Shown here piece after piece: positions 36,601 through 49,800 of a stretch of DNA of 64,000 nt. The stretch comes from Stylophora pistillata (lineage: Eukaryota). The notes below the pieces were generated by a model. That model saw only the letters and a program-made list of their open reading frames with translations. It had not been told where the DNA came from and did not search any database. A program made the translations under genes and the position numbers. The DNA is taken from positions 286,728 to 350,727 of the forward strand of contig NW_019217785.1 of the NCBI RefSeq assembly GCF_002571385.2, in the 5' to 3' direction. Numbering within the stretch: position 1 is the first letter of the stretch; each line of letters opens with the position of its first letter.

Positions 36601-37334
36601 AAAACCTGTAGGCAAACTTCATCAACTGGTGTTCTTATTTATGCTCCCATTTTTCACCCAGTTACCACTTTATACAACCTTGAGATACAATTCTTATTTT
36701 ATGAGCATGTCCTTACTCAGCATTTCACAGTTCGTATGTAAATAGTTTCCTTCAGATCACACCATCAACATCACAATACTCCAGCAAAAAAATGGAAAAA
36801 ATACAGGTAAGCAAAGTTGCAATACTACTATATATGATTGTCTTTTAAAAAATGTCTTCTGTCAAATATTATTCTGTAATTACAATATAGACACAGCAGT
36901 GAACCACTCTACAAGCAACTAAAAGCCAAATCAAAATGAAAAACTTCAAGTACTTGTTTGATAGTCCATCAGATGACCTTCTGACACGGAATACACCACA
37001 ATGAAATATCAACTTTATTGCTCTGCAGCTCTTACAGTTAGCATCTCTTCAAAAATTTGCACCACACCAACTCCTCATTTTAAGAGCTGATCAGAAGTAG
37101 CTGCTATTTCTCCACTCAGAGTGATCTGCACTCAAAGTCAAGGTCAGATGAAGAAGCAAGGGGTTATAATGAGATGAAAAAAGTCAATAATAAAGCTTGT
37201 CCTGTATGAGGAATATGTTGATACACTGGATGTCAACAGGACATACTTGTTCAAAAACCTGAGGTTACAGGTCTCATAGAATGATAGGTATCTTAACACT
37301 CCAAAGACTTCAGAGCAGAACAATCAGCTGCAAT

Positions 37335-38817
37335 AGGCTCTTTGCAGGACTTAATCACGTGCTTGGATACCACATAGTAACGCATTGCTGGTGAGCAAGC
37401 AAACCAGCAGCCTGCTCATTGTGGTGATCAACTCAAGCAAAACAAACTTTGACTTTTTGGTCGAAAACATCCTAAATGCTTGTTGTTTAAGAACGAAAAA
37501 CGAGATTTATTGTGACTTTAGTTTCATCGAGCTTCAGTTTCGCCTTATTTACCTTTGCTCTGGGAGTAAAAGCCAGGCAAAAGCCCAAATATAAAACAAG
37601 ATATCACCGATTCTCCAGGAATGACGGTGAGTTTCTTTGTTTACAGTCGTATTTCAATCTTAAAAACGTAACATCGTTCGATACAGAAAATGATTATCAG
37701 TGTTAAGAATTACATTTGCATGAAACCAGAAGATTATGATCTACATTTCCAATTTTGCGTGTCCAATTCTTTTAAGATCGTTCAACACAACCAGTGTTTA
37801 CATTCTCGCTCGCCATATCAGTCTTGGATATTACTGACTCATAATAATAAACTGTTCGTTTTTATTGTGTGTTATCAATACGAAACGAAGTTGTACGCCA
37901 GGTATCATAATTCTAGAGGGTTTACATTGAATTGGAGGTGATATTTTTATATACCACTATTTCTTTCCACTAGCTGTTTCAGCAGACTTGTCAGCATTTC
38001 CTGACCTTGCATTTTATGCCCAGAAAGAATCTGGTTGCAGGCACACAACCAAAGGCTATAAGTTTTTCGCTGAGCCTGGATATTTACACGATGTACGTCG
38101 AATTTTTACAATCCAGTTTGCTCTGAGTTGTTAGTCTTTCTTAGGAAAACGATGAAAAGACAACGAGCTGTGGAACACAACAATGCAATTTGCAGAACCT
38201 TGTTTTTTCTTGTTGACAGGTTCTAAAACAGAACAAAATGTTGTCCTCAGTTGTGAATCTGCAATTGGTTGGCAAAAAAATTATGATTACGAAATACCAA
38301 GATGAGAATTTGGCCACTCAGTTGCAGTAAAAATGAAAGCGAGTGAGAATGTGAACACTAGTTCTGTTCAATGAACTTAAAAGAATTCAACACGCAAAAT
38401 CGGAAATGCAGATCATAATGTTCTGGATTCAAGCAAATGTAATTCCTAACACTGAAAACCGGTTTCTTGAATGACATTACATTTATAAGAATGAAATACA
38501 ATTGTTAACAAAGAAACTCACCGTCACTCGTTCCTGGAGAATCAGCCATATCTTGTCTTATATTTGGGCCTTCGCCTGGGCTTGTACTGCCAGAGCAAAG
38601 ATAAATCAGGTGAAATTCAAGCTCGACGAAACTAAAGTCACAATAAATCTCATTGTTTGTTCTTAAACAACAAGCGTTTGGGATGTTTTTGACCAAAAAG
38701 TCAAGTTTATTTCGCTTGAGTTGATCGCCACAATGAGCGGGACACTGGTTTGCTTGCTCACCAACAAGGCATTGCTATGTGGTATCCAAGCATGTGATTA
38801 AGTCCTGCAAAGAGCCT
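37335..38817. mobile_element. Non-autonomous ISL2EU-type element with ~500-bp TIRs
   Basis: AGGCTCTTTGCAGGACTTAATCAC.../...GTGATTAAGTCCTGCAAAGAGCCT; AT TSD; empty site in array copy 1 (gcatttgaaag at about 32331); internal KGYKFFAEPGYLHDV remnant. Confidence 0.88.
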
Positions 38818-39604
38818 ATTGAAAGACCGCTGGCTGATTTTCATGATATCATGGTTTCAAGGATAGTCACAGTTTGATGTTAAGTCCTGAGCATACAGAA
38901 AGCCACCAACAAAATTTCACAAGCTTCATGCTTTAAAAAAACTTACCCATTATACAGATCACTTAATGGGACATTGCAAGTCATGTAGTGTTGGAAAATT
39001 GCCCTTTAAAGTGGAATCTCTACATACTGGTCATTGCTAGAAATAAGGAAAAGCTTTGGTTCACTTTGCCACACCAACACCTGCAACACCTAGCTGTATT
39101 GGATCCACTTTTTGAAAGAAAGGCAAGCATGACACCAAACAATATCAACCTCACAATTTTTAAAGAAAACAGAAATTGTTATGCAATATGATGACAATGG
39201 GTATAAAGTCTTGTCGGTAGAGAGATGAAGTTACCAACATTGTGAACTTTTATTTCTTATTAAAAAAAAAAACAAAGACTAGGACATTCAATTTTGATAT
39301 TACCCTGTTATCATTTTCTAATGTTACAGTAAGTTATTCCTAATACAATGATTGTTAACATCATATAATTAATTTTTTTGATGAACATTAAGTAGTTTAT
39401 TTTTGTTCTGTTACTTTTAATGATACTGTAACAATAGATCAATATGTGCAAGTTTGATTTGTTTTCTCCATGTTATAAAATTTTAAAACCAAGAAGAGAA
39501 ATAATTGTTATCCAGTAGCATGACATTAAGTTTAAAACCTTGTCGGCAGAGATGAAATTACCATTATCTTGAACTTTGATTTCTTATCAAAGACAGATAA
39601 TTGT

Positions 39605-39910
39605 CAGAACTTTATTCACTTATTCTACTAAAAACATACAACAGCAAGAAAGAAACAAAAGTGAAAAAAAAGAAGAGAGTTCTAACTATAGATGAAATTA
39701 CACAAAGCAGTGGAAGGAGTGTGTAGTAGCCAAAGGAGCCAAGCTTTCAAGATGGCTACTACCATAGAGCAGTTACAGATGGGTGGAGGTTGAATACTTA
39801 GGGAGATAGCACAAACACTAAAAAGTTAAAATATTAAAATAGAGCTATAAAAATTACAATATATTAGAGTTGATCAAGATGTCTGCCTGCCAAGTAGGAA
39901 GAGTTTATAT
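39605..39910 (-). mobile_element. Probable short LINE 3'-tail insertion in array copy 2
   Basis: Absent from copy 1; AATAAA on the minus strand and T-rich tail composition. Confidence 0.45.
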
Positions 39911-42900
39911 TGTTAAAGAAAGGATCAGGACATTTATATACAGTATACGTTATATGTGTCATTCTTTATATTTTACAATGTTACTGTTATTCCCAATTCA
40001 TGCAGCATCACCTTCACCAGTTTGTGCATACCTATCTCCAAATACATCATTACCATTTGCCCACTCAGTTCCAGCCAGCCCAGTGAATGTAAGCCCAGTC
40101 TACAGCCCTCTGGCAATCAGACCTGTTCTATAGTCTAATACATTATAGAGCTGTTCTCCTTAGTCTGTTGGATATTGTTACGGCAACGGAAACTTCATTA
40201 CCCACCACCAAACAGCCTACCATGAAGGTCAATGTTGAAAAGATCCAAGCGACCCTTAGAAAAATCATTGAGTTTACACAGACATGCTAAATATTCTCTA
40301 GCAGAGAAGGATCAAGCCGTTGATCTTATGCTGAACAGAATATAGCCCTTAGGTGCTGACAAAATCCTTGCCAATGTAACACAACGACACGAATGTGTCG
40401 CACTAATACCGCACATGTTCCAGCCCTACCAGCTTGAAGGCTGCAACATCCATAGCACCAGTAACAAGAAACCAACAACTCCAGAGAAAATTGAAAGATA
40501 AGTGAATTTGTCTTCCAGTATTTTCTAACCCAGTTGATGAAAAACAATAACATTTTGCAGTTAATCCAGGAAAAAAGATTTAGTGTTGCTTTGAAATTTT
40601 CCAGTCTTTATCATTATGCTACTTTTGCAGAAGAACTGATATGGCCACTCTCCCAAGGTTGCTATTTTTTAGGTACATAGCATTCTTTATCATTTTCATT
40701 CACATAAAAGGTGTTGAAATGTAGCATTTCCATTCCCTAACCAGGTTGTTATATATCTATAATGCTTTTCTCATTGAAATTAACATTGAGTCTGCATACA
40801 TCTATTACTAGGTTACTTTTAAAAACAATGCTAGAATACAAAATCAGCTGCAGATAGGAGCTCATTTTATCGACATAAGAGAAATTTGACCAACAGAAGA
40901 AAGGTTGGTATTAGGTCAAAGCAAGGCTTATAGCTGCTACAGTACATGAACTTGGAATGAAAGAAATCTCAGTTGCTAGAGGTGAATTTGTTGCAACAGA
41001 CCTTCCTTAACCACACACAATGGTCAAAAGGGAATATGAGGATGAAATTGACACTGGCACTGTAGATCCCTACTTAATTCAAAGAGAAAATGATGAGGAA
41101 CTACATGTATTTCTTGGTTACAGAAGTTGCTCAGGAAGAAAAGACAAAACAGCAAAACTGAGGATAGCCAGTACATTTTTCTTTTTTTCTGTTGTGGCAA
41201 GACCTATGCATCATGGAGAAACTGAATGTTTAAACATAATGGTCTTCACAATCAACAAGTCATGTATTCAGATCCACAGAGATTAATCTTTGATATTTGA
41301 TATCACTATAATGATATTTGATACCACTATCATGTAAGCACTCAAATTAGGGTCAAACAAGGCAGTTCAAGACTTTAAAAGTCATGAATAATAACACAAC
41401 AAAACCAAGGTAAAAAGGGCCTTTTCATCACTATATGTATCCAGATCTTCAGTGTAAAAACTAAAGTTATCTCAAAGATACAGCTACTTAGGTAGGCTTT
41501 CCTATACCACTAACATGGTTCAAAAGACATTCCATGTCATTGTAATCATTTGTGTCAAACTACTGTAAAGCTCTTTAAACCATAGAAGAAAATTCATGTA
41601 TGACAAGTTATTTTATTCCTTCCATGTTTGCAAATCACCTTCACTTACAAAACAAATGTTATCTGAAGAGGGTAGCCACACATACTTTAAGTTCGGATTT
41701 AAGTGGCAGAGACAACATTTTTAAAAAAGACAATAATTCCCATATTAATTGGTTATACTTTTTTTTAACTAATATTTGATATTTAAAAAATATATGACAT
41801 TTATCACTTATAGCTCTTCCACCTCTTGAATTTATCATCTTCCAAAAGCTTTAGTTCTCTTCAATGTTGCTCAGTTTAATTTACCTAAAAATTGCTATTA
41901 ATAGTTATTTTTGAATTGAATCACCTGTTGCAATTGTAAATAAAAGTGTTAAATTTTACTTTGTCAATCTCATTTTAACTTAACGAGCTCTTGGAAGATC
42001 TCACAGAGCTCAATACTAGTTAAGATTTTATTTAAAAAATCTGCATAGTTCTTTCCGAGAGTTGTGTCATCCTTATTCCCAGTTTTAACCTTTCAAGCAC
42101 CACTTTTTAACACCCTCTTACCAATCCACACACACCATCACAGAAAGGTAGTGGATGCACGTGATGTACATTCTTATTTCAACTTATTTTCTCGGTAAGA
42201 TGGCATGTGTTTACCTTTAAATACCAAATCCGTACCTTCTTTTGCATCTTTAAAATGAACCTTGCAAAACATCTCTGAAACTAGTAATGGAGTATCTTTT
42301 TCAATGCAGCTTCACTGTGAATCTCTTGAATGAGATTTTGTCGGTGAACAGTTCCAAGATGGTATTATTCACTAGTAAATATCATCTTCTGTTTGAATTA
42401 TGTTGAATTGTTTATGAACGTCAAAATGATGTTAAGGTTTAGTGAATTCACCTCATTTATTGTTCTTTTTCATCAAAGCTAGAGTTGTTGGCTGAGGACC
42501 CTTGTTAATTAAAGGAAACATTTCTTTCTTTTCTTTAAACACTTAAAGTAGATCTGTTATAAAACACATTTCTTAATAAACTGTTCATGATCACAATATA
42601 ATTGCTTCAAGAGAAGCGAGTAGCCCACCATTTGTGCCAACCTCAATTTTTTAGGAGCTTTCCAAAGGTTGTGACATCAAAAAACCTCGTCCAAATCAGC
42701 TAACATTAACTTATGCTCAATAATCAAGTTTGTCTCTTTATGGGAAAAACACCACTACACAGAGCACATGGTCAGTTGTTCAAGAAAATTGTAGTTGTTC
42801 CAAATAAGTTGTGGATTAAAGAGCACGGGGAGTGAGTTGTGATGTATTTCTCTTGTATCCTTGATGGGCAAATACTTAAGGATATTGATGATAAAAATTT

Positions 42901-44779
42901 TGCTTATAATTTGATTTAATTTTAGCTTAATATTGAATAAGTTTAGAAATAACTGTTAAGCTGCACACAGTCATGACAGATTCTCAAGTAAGTTGACTCT
43001 TATGTGCTATTTTATCAAATGCAACCCTATTCATCTCTGCAAATTTCATCAAGGCCAAAGGTAGTTTGTTTTTAGATGAAGACAATGTTCCTTTGTGAGT
43101 TTTTCTGCTCTTTTATGTACTTTAAGTTTTGCAAACATTCAACAACATAGTTTAGAATTAATTAACAAGCTAGATTAGATAACTTAGGACAGTCAACTTA
43201 CAGTGCATGTAAGAACACCATAACTTCTGAATAGGATGTGCTGTTAGCACTATACTTCCACAAAAAACACAGGTATACGAATTCTAGTTCAATTTCAGTT
43301 CCAGGCAGCCCAGGGAATGTAAATCTAATATGCAGTCCTCTGGCAATCTGACCTGCTCTATACTACATAAATGTACAATAGGGCTGTTCCTCTTTGTCTG
43401 TTGGATGTTGTTAAGGCAATGGACACTTCACTACCCAAATACCAAACAGCCTACCATGAAGGACAAAGTTGAAAAGATCCAAGAGACCCTTAGAAAATCA
43501 TTGAGCAGATAGAGACAGTAATTATTCTCCAGCAGAGAAGCATCAAGCAGTTGATCTTATGCTGAACAGAATACAGCCCTTTGGTGCTGACAATATCCTT
43601 ACCCTCCAGTGTAATGCAACCACATCAAAGAATAAGTCCATTTTTGCAGCTCAATTAATAAGGCACATGTTCCAGTCCTACCAGCTTTAAAGCTTCAACA
43701 TTCCTAGAGTCAGTAACAAGAGGCCCCCAACTCCAAAAAAAAATTGAGAAGATAAAAGAACTTGTCTTTCAGTATTTTCTAACCCAGTTGATGGGAAAAT
43801 TATTATAAAATTTTGCATAGTTAATCCAAGAAAAAAGATTTAGCTTTGCATTGAAATTTTCCCATCATTATGCAAAATTAAAAAACACTCCTCTGGCAGA
43901 AGATCTGATAGGGCCACTCTCCCAAGAGTTGTTTTTTAGGTAAATGGCATTCCTTTTGATTTTCATTCTCATAAAAGGTGTTGGAATGAGGCTTTCCATT
44001 CCCCAACCAGGCTTTTATATATTATTTATTTAATAATCTTTTTCTTGTTTAAAATAACATTGAGTCTGTATACATATATTACTAGGTTACTTGTTACTGC
44101 AGCAGCGCCATAGTAAGGATACGAGCATTTGTGGTCAGCGGTTACATCCCTTTTTTGTGAACTCGTGCTTGTTGCCGCCTCGTTTTTGTTATGACATGTC
44201 AGTTAGATACATGTAATCCTTTGCCCATCCATGTATTTTAAGGCAACAAAGTTGTTATCTCAAGAAGAGTTGTTACTTCTGAGCCAGATCCCAAGATTAA
44301 AACATCATGAGCCACAAGTAAACAGAAGTTTAAATATTTGAAAAGGCTGGTTGCTATGGAGTGACGTCATAAACCGGCTAAGTGTCTATTATCGCCTTAA
44401 AAGCTTGTTTTGGTAATTGCTCACACTAATCTGAGTAATTGCTTGATTTTGTACAATATCTCTACTCCTGCTGGGCACGATGAAGCCTGTTCTTTTTTAG
44501 GGGCTGGATCGGCCTATCGACATTTCAAGATTGGATTTCGTATTATATGTGTTGGCAAAAGCGGGAAAGTTTAGTTTCCCGCGGTCAAGAGCAGTTAAGG
44601 ATTCCTTCGAACTTCGAAGGGTTGAACTGTTGCACTCTCCTTCTACAGATGAGGCAAGGCAATGGTTTGTTTTAAATTTCAAGACATGTGGTGTAAGGAG
44701 TCAGGAAGTTTTTCTCACGTAGCCTGTTAGTGGCACATTTTCCAAGTGAGTTTTGCATGGTCCAGCTTTCGGATTTGAG

Positions 44780-46050
44780 AAATGGCGGGAGCTTGGATGG
44801 CCGATATGTTCACAACAATGAAGTGGCCATCTCCTCTCTATTTGGAGTTGTTTCTGCCATCCTCTGACAGAAATTCAAAGAAGGAGAATTGACGAAACAC
44901 AGTTGGTTGATCAATAAAATAAATTCGCTAAAAATCGGAACGGAGACTTCTACAACTCTACCAAGCGATGAGTCTCGCAAGGAGCTGAAAGCTGCTCGTG
45001 ATGCTTCCCCAGCCACCAAAATTTAAAACAATCAACTAAAAACCGACCTCGATCAAGCGCGGAGTCAGCTAGTATCCCTATCAGAAGAATTTTAAAAAAT
45101 CAGCCACGTAAGACAAACATCAGAGTTAAAAACAAAATTCAGGGGAAGGAGGAGAAAGTCGTCAAGGATGTGAGGACATCGATCAGCGATGTTTGCAACA
45201 GATTTCAGGTCAATCTCACGGATGTAATCGCAGGTCAGGTCCACAGTCCTGAGGTGGGGTAAATGCTGAGCGACATCACTGAGGAAATTAGAAGTAACAG
45301 CAGCAGCCCACTCCAAGCGTTGGAAACAATGCTGGGGGACAGTAGCCCTCAGTTTTTCCAATCCCTCAGAGTACCAGACTAGACCCTGCTGTATTTCAAA
45401 CTGCAATCGAGGATTCCGGATGAAGCATGGCAAACGTTACTTAGCATTTCCAAGCTAGGATGAACCAGCGCAAGTCACAACATTTATATTTTAGTAAGAT
45501 TGGAAAATGTGTATTTGCTGTCTTATATTTTGTTGTGAATGTTGGTTAGGTGGTGTATCGGAACTCATTTCTGCTTGGCTGGAAAATTACCTTATACCAT
45601 TAAACTTCTTAATAATGTACATCAAAAAAGTACTCAGCTCTGATCGGCTAAGATTAATGCAGTTTTCATGTAATTCAGTTCAGAAGAGGCTTAATTTAAT
45701 TAGTGCATAGAAAGTAACAAACCAAATATCCTGATCGGTCAATAATCAAAGAAACTCACAGAATTAGTTAACTCACTGAACAATTCCTGCAACTGTTTGG
45801 CTGGAATTTGATCAATAACTTTGGTCACTAAAGGCAATTTCACTATTGTTAATCCACAAATATGTTTACTTCTCAGGGTCAACAGAACGCAGGTTTTTGG
45901 AGAACATTTATGAGATTGTGATGCGCTCACTGCCATTACAAAATCTCAAGTTTTTTTTTAAGAACAAAGATGTTGCTGAGACATATCTGTTGAACCAAGT
46001 TACATTTTGTGAGGAAATAGTTCAGGTACACTCAAGTGCTTGAAAAGACT
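44780..46050 (+). pseudogene. Decayed uncharacterised ORF
   Basis: FFQSLRVPD*TLLYFKL..RIPDEAWQTLLSISKLG* near 45350-45460; a further exon-like frame at 45878-46043. Confidence 0.35.
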
Positions 46051-46271
46051 ACCTGCTACAGAGGACTTAAGTATACATATTGGGTAGCTAGCAGTATAAC
46101 ATTTGAATTATTACATTGAATTGTGTGCATTAATTGTAGTATAACACAGTCAACATTGTTTAATTTTAAAGAAATCCATTTTCTTGAAGTTTAATCCTGT
46201 AATAATATTCTTTTGTTTAGTGTTGCCTGATCACTATTTAATTATTCTATATCAATATTATTTCATATCTT

Positions 46272-46890
46272 AATATAGGGAAATGTTGTTTAACCTTTCT
46301 GGTTCACCTGGCTGAAGTCCTGGCATTCAGTGTAATGCCTGAGCACTTCTGGGATATATAACATACTTAGCTTTTCATTGATGGTTAATATAGGGAAGTG
46401 TTTTTTATCCTTTCTGGTTCACCCAGGTTGAAGTCCTGGCATTCAGTGTAATGCCTGAGCGCTTCTGGGATATATAACATACTTAGCTTTTCATTAAATG
46501 GTCAATATAGGGAGGTGTTGTATATCCTTTCTGGTTCAACCAGGTTGAAGTCCTGGCATTTAAGTGTAATGCCTGAGCACTTCTAGGATATATAACATAC
46601 TTAGCTTTTCATTAAATGGTCAATATAAGAAAGTGTTGTATATCCTTTCTGGTTCACCCAGGTTGAAGTCCTGGCATTTAAGTGTAATGCCTGAGCACTT
46701 CTGGGATAAATAACATACTTAGTTTTTCATTAAATGGTCAATATAGTGAAGTGTTGTATATCCTCTCTGGTTCACCCAGGTTGAAGTCCTGGTATTTGAG
46801 TGTAATGCCTGAGCGCTTCTAGGATATATAACATACTTAGCTTTTCATTAAATGGTCAATATAGGGAAATGTTGTACATCCTTTTTCTAG
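46272..46890. repeat. Minisatellite, ~118-bp unit, about 5.3 copies
   Basis: Unit starts at about 46272, 46387, 46504, 46622, 46740 and 46858. Confidence 0.95.
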
Positions 46891-49800
46891 TTCCAGTGTT
46901 TTCTCTAAGAATAACATTTTTAAGTTCAAGTAAACACAGGCAGTAACAGTAAACAACAAAAACTGGAACGTCTCTTAAAGAAGAAACACAAATTTGTATC
47001 GTCGCTCGGAATGTTCTGAAAGGTCCTTTAAGTTCTGTTCAGGTATTAAAATCCCTTTCGGTATTCATATTCTGTGATTTTTTTCCCTTTTGAAGAGGCT
47101 GTCGGGACTTTAGAGTTTTTCACTTATCTATTGCAGAGCGACAGGAAAAAATGGTCGTTTGAGACTGGATAAAAATTTGAAAAACAGCTTCATTTACTGC
47201 TAGAAGTCACCCTTCAAACCGCTACGGGAAGAGAACGTCAAAACACAAAATGCTGCAAAAAAGATAGTAAATAAAACAAGGCAAAACAACAGCTGAGACA
47301 TCTCTTTGTGTAGCTAGATCATGAAATTTCCGATACATCGTTTTTGTAGGACGTGAGCACAAGATGACGACTGATTTCTCGACAAACTGGGCAATATGAG
47401 ATCATATGGAGGGTGAAACAATGCGCACAGCCTCAAGTAATCGATATACCCTATTTCCTCAAATAGGTGCCCATTCCCATCGGCCATCCAAACTTGTAGC
47501 TCTGAATCAGGCGCAACATAGGAACCCTTTCTTTTCTACCTTTCATAACATTTTAAACTTGGACCACCTTAGATGAATAAGTTAGGAGAGATTATAGCTC
47601 AGAGAATTATTACGCCGGTGCATTATCTTCCTTTTTTATTTGACTGGTTTCGCAAGCGGTGCAAGATGCAGCGAATTCTGTGAGCTGATTGGCTGTTAGC
47701 CCTTCCTTTCATTTTAGTTTTTAGCAGTGGCCAGAATCGCAGCCATTTTGTCCTGCAGTGAAGCTCTCACTCGGCTATCAACGCTTGGCTCGTGTTTGAG
47801 TCCTTGTACTAGGTCAATAACACATAACTAGATCTATTACTGAGCTACATGATAATTTCCAAAACGACCCTGATGCACAACGTTAGACTTTACAGTTGGT
47901 TTTTGGCAAAAGTTAACGTTCCACCCCTCTCAAGGAATATTTAAGAAAATACAAATTCAAGGACTTTTTAAAAAATGTATTGAATTTCTCTGAAATTAAC
48001 AGACTTGCAAAACAGTACAAACCTTGTTAAGTTCTTGGGCGGTTTAACCCTGTTCGTGGTCTCCACCTGTTTACACTCATTTCCCCTTCATCACCTTTTG
48101 CATTTTTCAACTACACATTGCACCGCCTAATAATTCTCCACTTTGTAAACTTTGTCAGCTTGTTCAACATCTGCTAGGTTGATTTGAAAACAATAATTAC
48201 TACCCTCGGTCCCTGTTTAATCACAATTTTAGTCATTGTTGCCCAGGAGGTAATACAAAAAGATTTTTAACACCAGTGCCTGAGTCACATCGTTTCTCTA
48301 ATGTCTCAAATCTCTCGCAGCTATCTCGAGGATTCCGGAACCGAAATAGATCATCTGAAAAGCCAGTGACAAAGGATCCTATGAGTAATGTATGGATATG
48401 GTTAAAAAGAAAAACTGGAACAGTGTGTTAACTGTTAATGCAACATAAAATATCAGTGAGAAAGAGCCGCCATGTACATTGTGGACTCTGCGTTTAACAG
48501 CAAAAGAAAATATACGTTGTATTATTCCGCCGAGTTCATTCCCAATAACTGGTATCATGATGCTCAAAATTACAACACCGAGCGTCAGCCGTAAAAGATT
48601 TTAAACACAACAGTGGAGCAGTAACGGAAATAAATCGTCAGTTCAGGACTATTGTCTCCGATCCAAAAACAAAAATGGGGTAAAATTGATTAGAAAACAA
48701 AACACTCAGGCTGCAAGTTAAATGTCGTAGTAAATAAGCGTCACCGCCTGCTAGTATTAATGAAGTCAACTATATATGCAAGCATTGACTAAGTTTCTTC
48801 AACGCAACAACACACGCCGGGCAAGTGCTTTGTCTCATCACTATTTTTAAGCGCCAACTATGTACACTATTTTTGGATACTGTTCCTTTAATTACCTTTT
48901 CACGCCATAGGATAAAGACATGATAGAGTAAAAGTTTACGCCTCTATCAGATTAGGAGCAAAATACGATCACAGATTTTACTCAAGCAAGCTATAGGTAT
49001 CCAGCAGATAATGCGAACTAAAAGTAGGGATTCTCTGCTGGATACCCAGGTTTTTTCGGTTGCTAACAGTGCGAGACTCGTTATGTTCTCTTCTTGCAAA
49101 TAACAACAAAACTCCTTCGGATGCAAGTTGACTTTCGAGGGCAGCCACATTACTTCTAAAAACAATTCTAGAACACAAAATCAGCTGCAGTTAAGTACAC
49201 ACTCTACAGACATAAGAGAAATTTGACCAACAGAACAAAGTTTGGTATTAGGCCAAAGCAAGGCTTATAGCAGCTGCAATACGTGAACTTGGAATGAAAG
49301 AAATCTCAAGTAACTCTAGAGGTGAATTTGCCATGACAGACCTTCCTTAAGCACACACAATGATCCAGAGGGAATATGTGGGTGAAATTGCCACCTGCAT
49401 TGTAGATCCTTAGTTAATTCAAAGAGAAAATGTCGAGGAACTATTTAACAACCTCTTGGTTGCAGAAGTTGCTCAGGAAGAATAGACCAAACTGCAAAAC
49501 TGAGGATGGCCAGCACATTTTTGTTTCTCCGTGTTGCGGTAAGACATATGCATTATGGAGAAATTGAATGTTTATAATAAGCATGATGGTCTACCATCCA
49601 TAAGTCTTATATTCACATCAACAGAGATTAACCTTCCCAAACTGATGATATTTGATACCACTATCATGTAAGTGCTCAAATCAGGGTCAAACAAGGCAGT
49701 TCAAGCCTTAAAAAATCTAAGGGGTGAATAATAATAATAACAAAACCAAGGTAAAGAGGGTCTTTTCATCACTCCATGTTTGCAGATCTTAAATGTAAAA

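Larger units (their letters stand above)
44092..49149. mobile_element. TG...CA-bounded composite insertion (LTR-type shell with nested material)
   Basis: TGTTACTGC...GCAGCCACA termini, 5-bp TSD TTACT at 44087-44091 and 49150-49154; removing it restores the array unit. Confidence 0.78.

Noticed and set aside
46272-46890. CRISPR-like array
   Set aside because: Whole units repeat with no unique spacers, there are no cas genes, and the context is eukaryotic.
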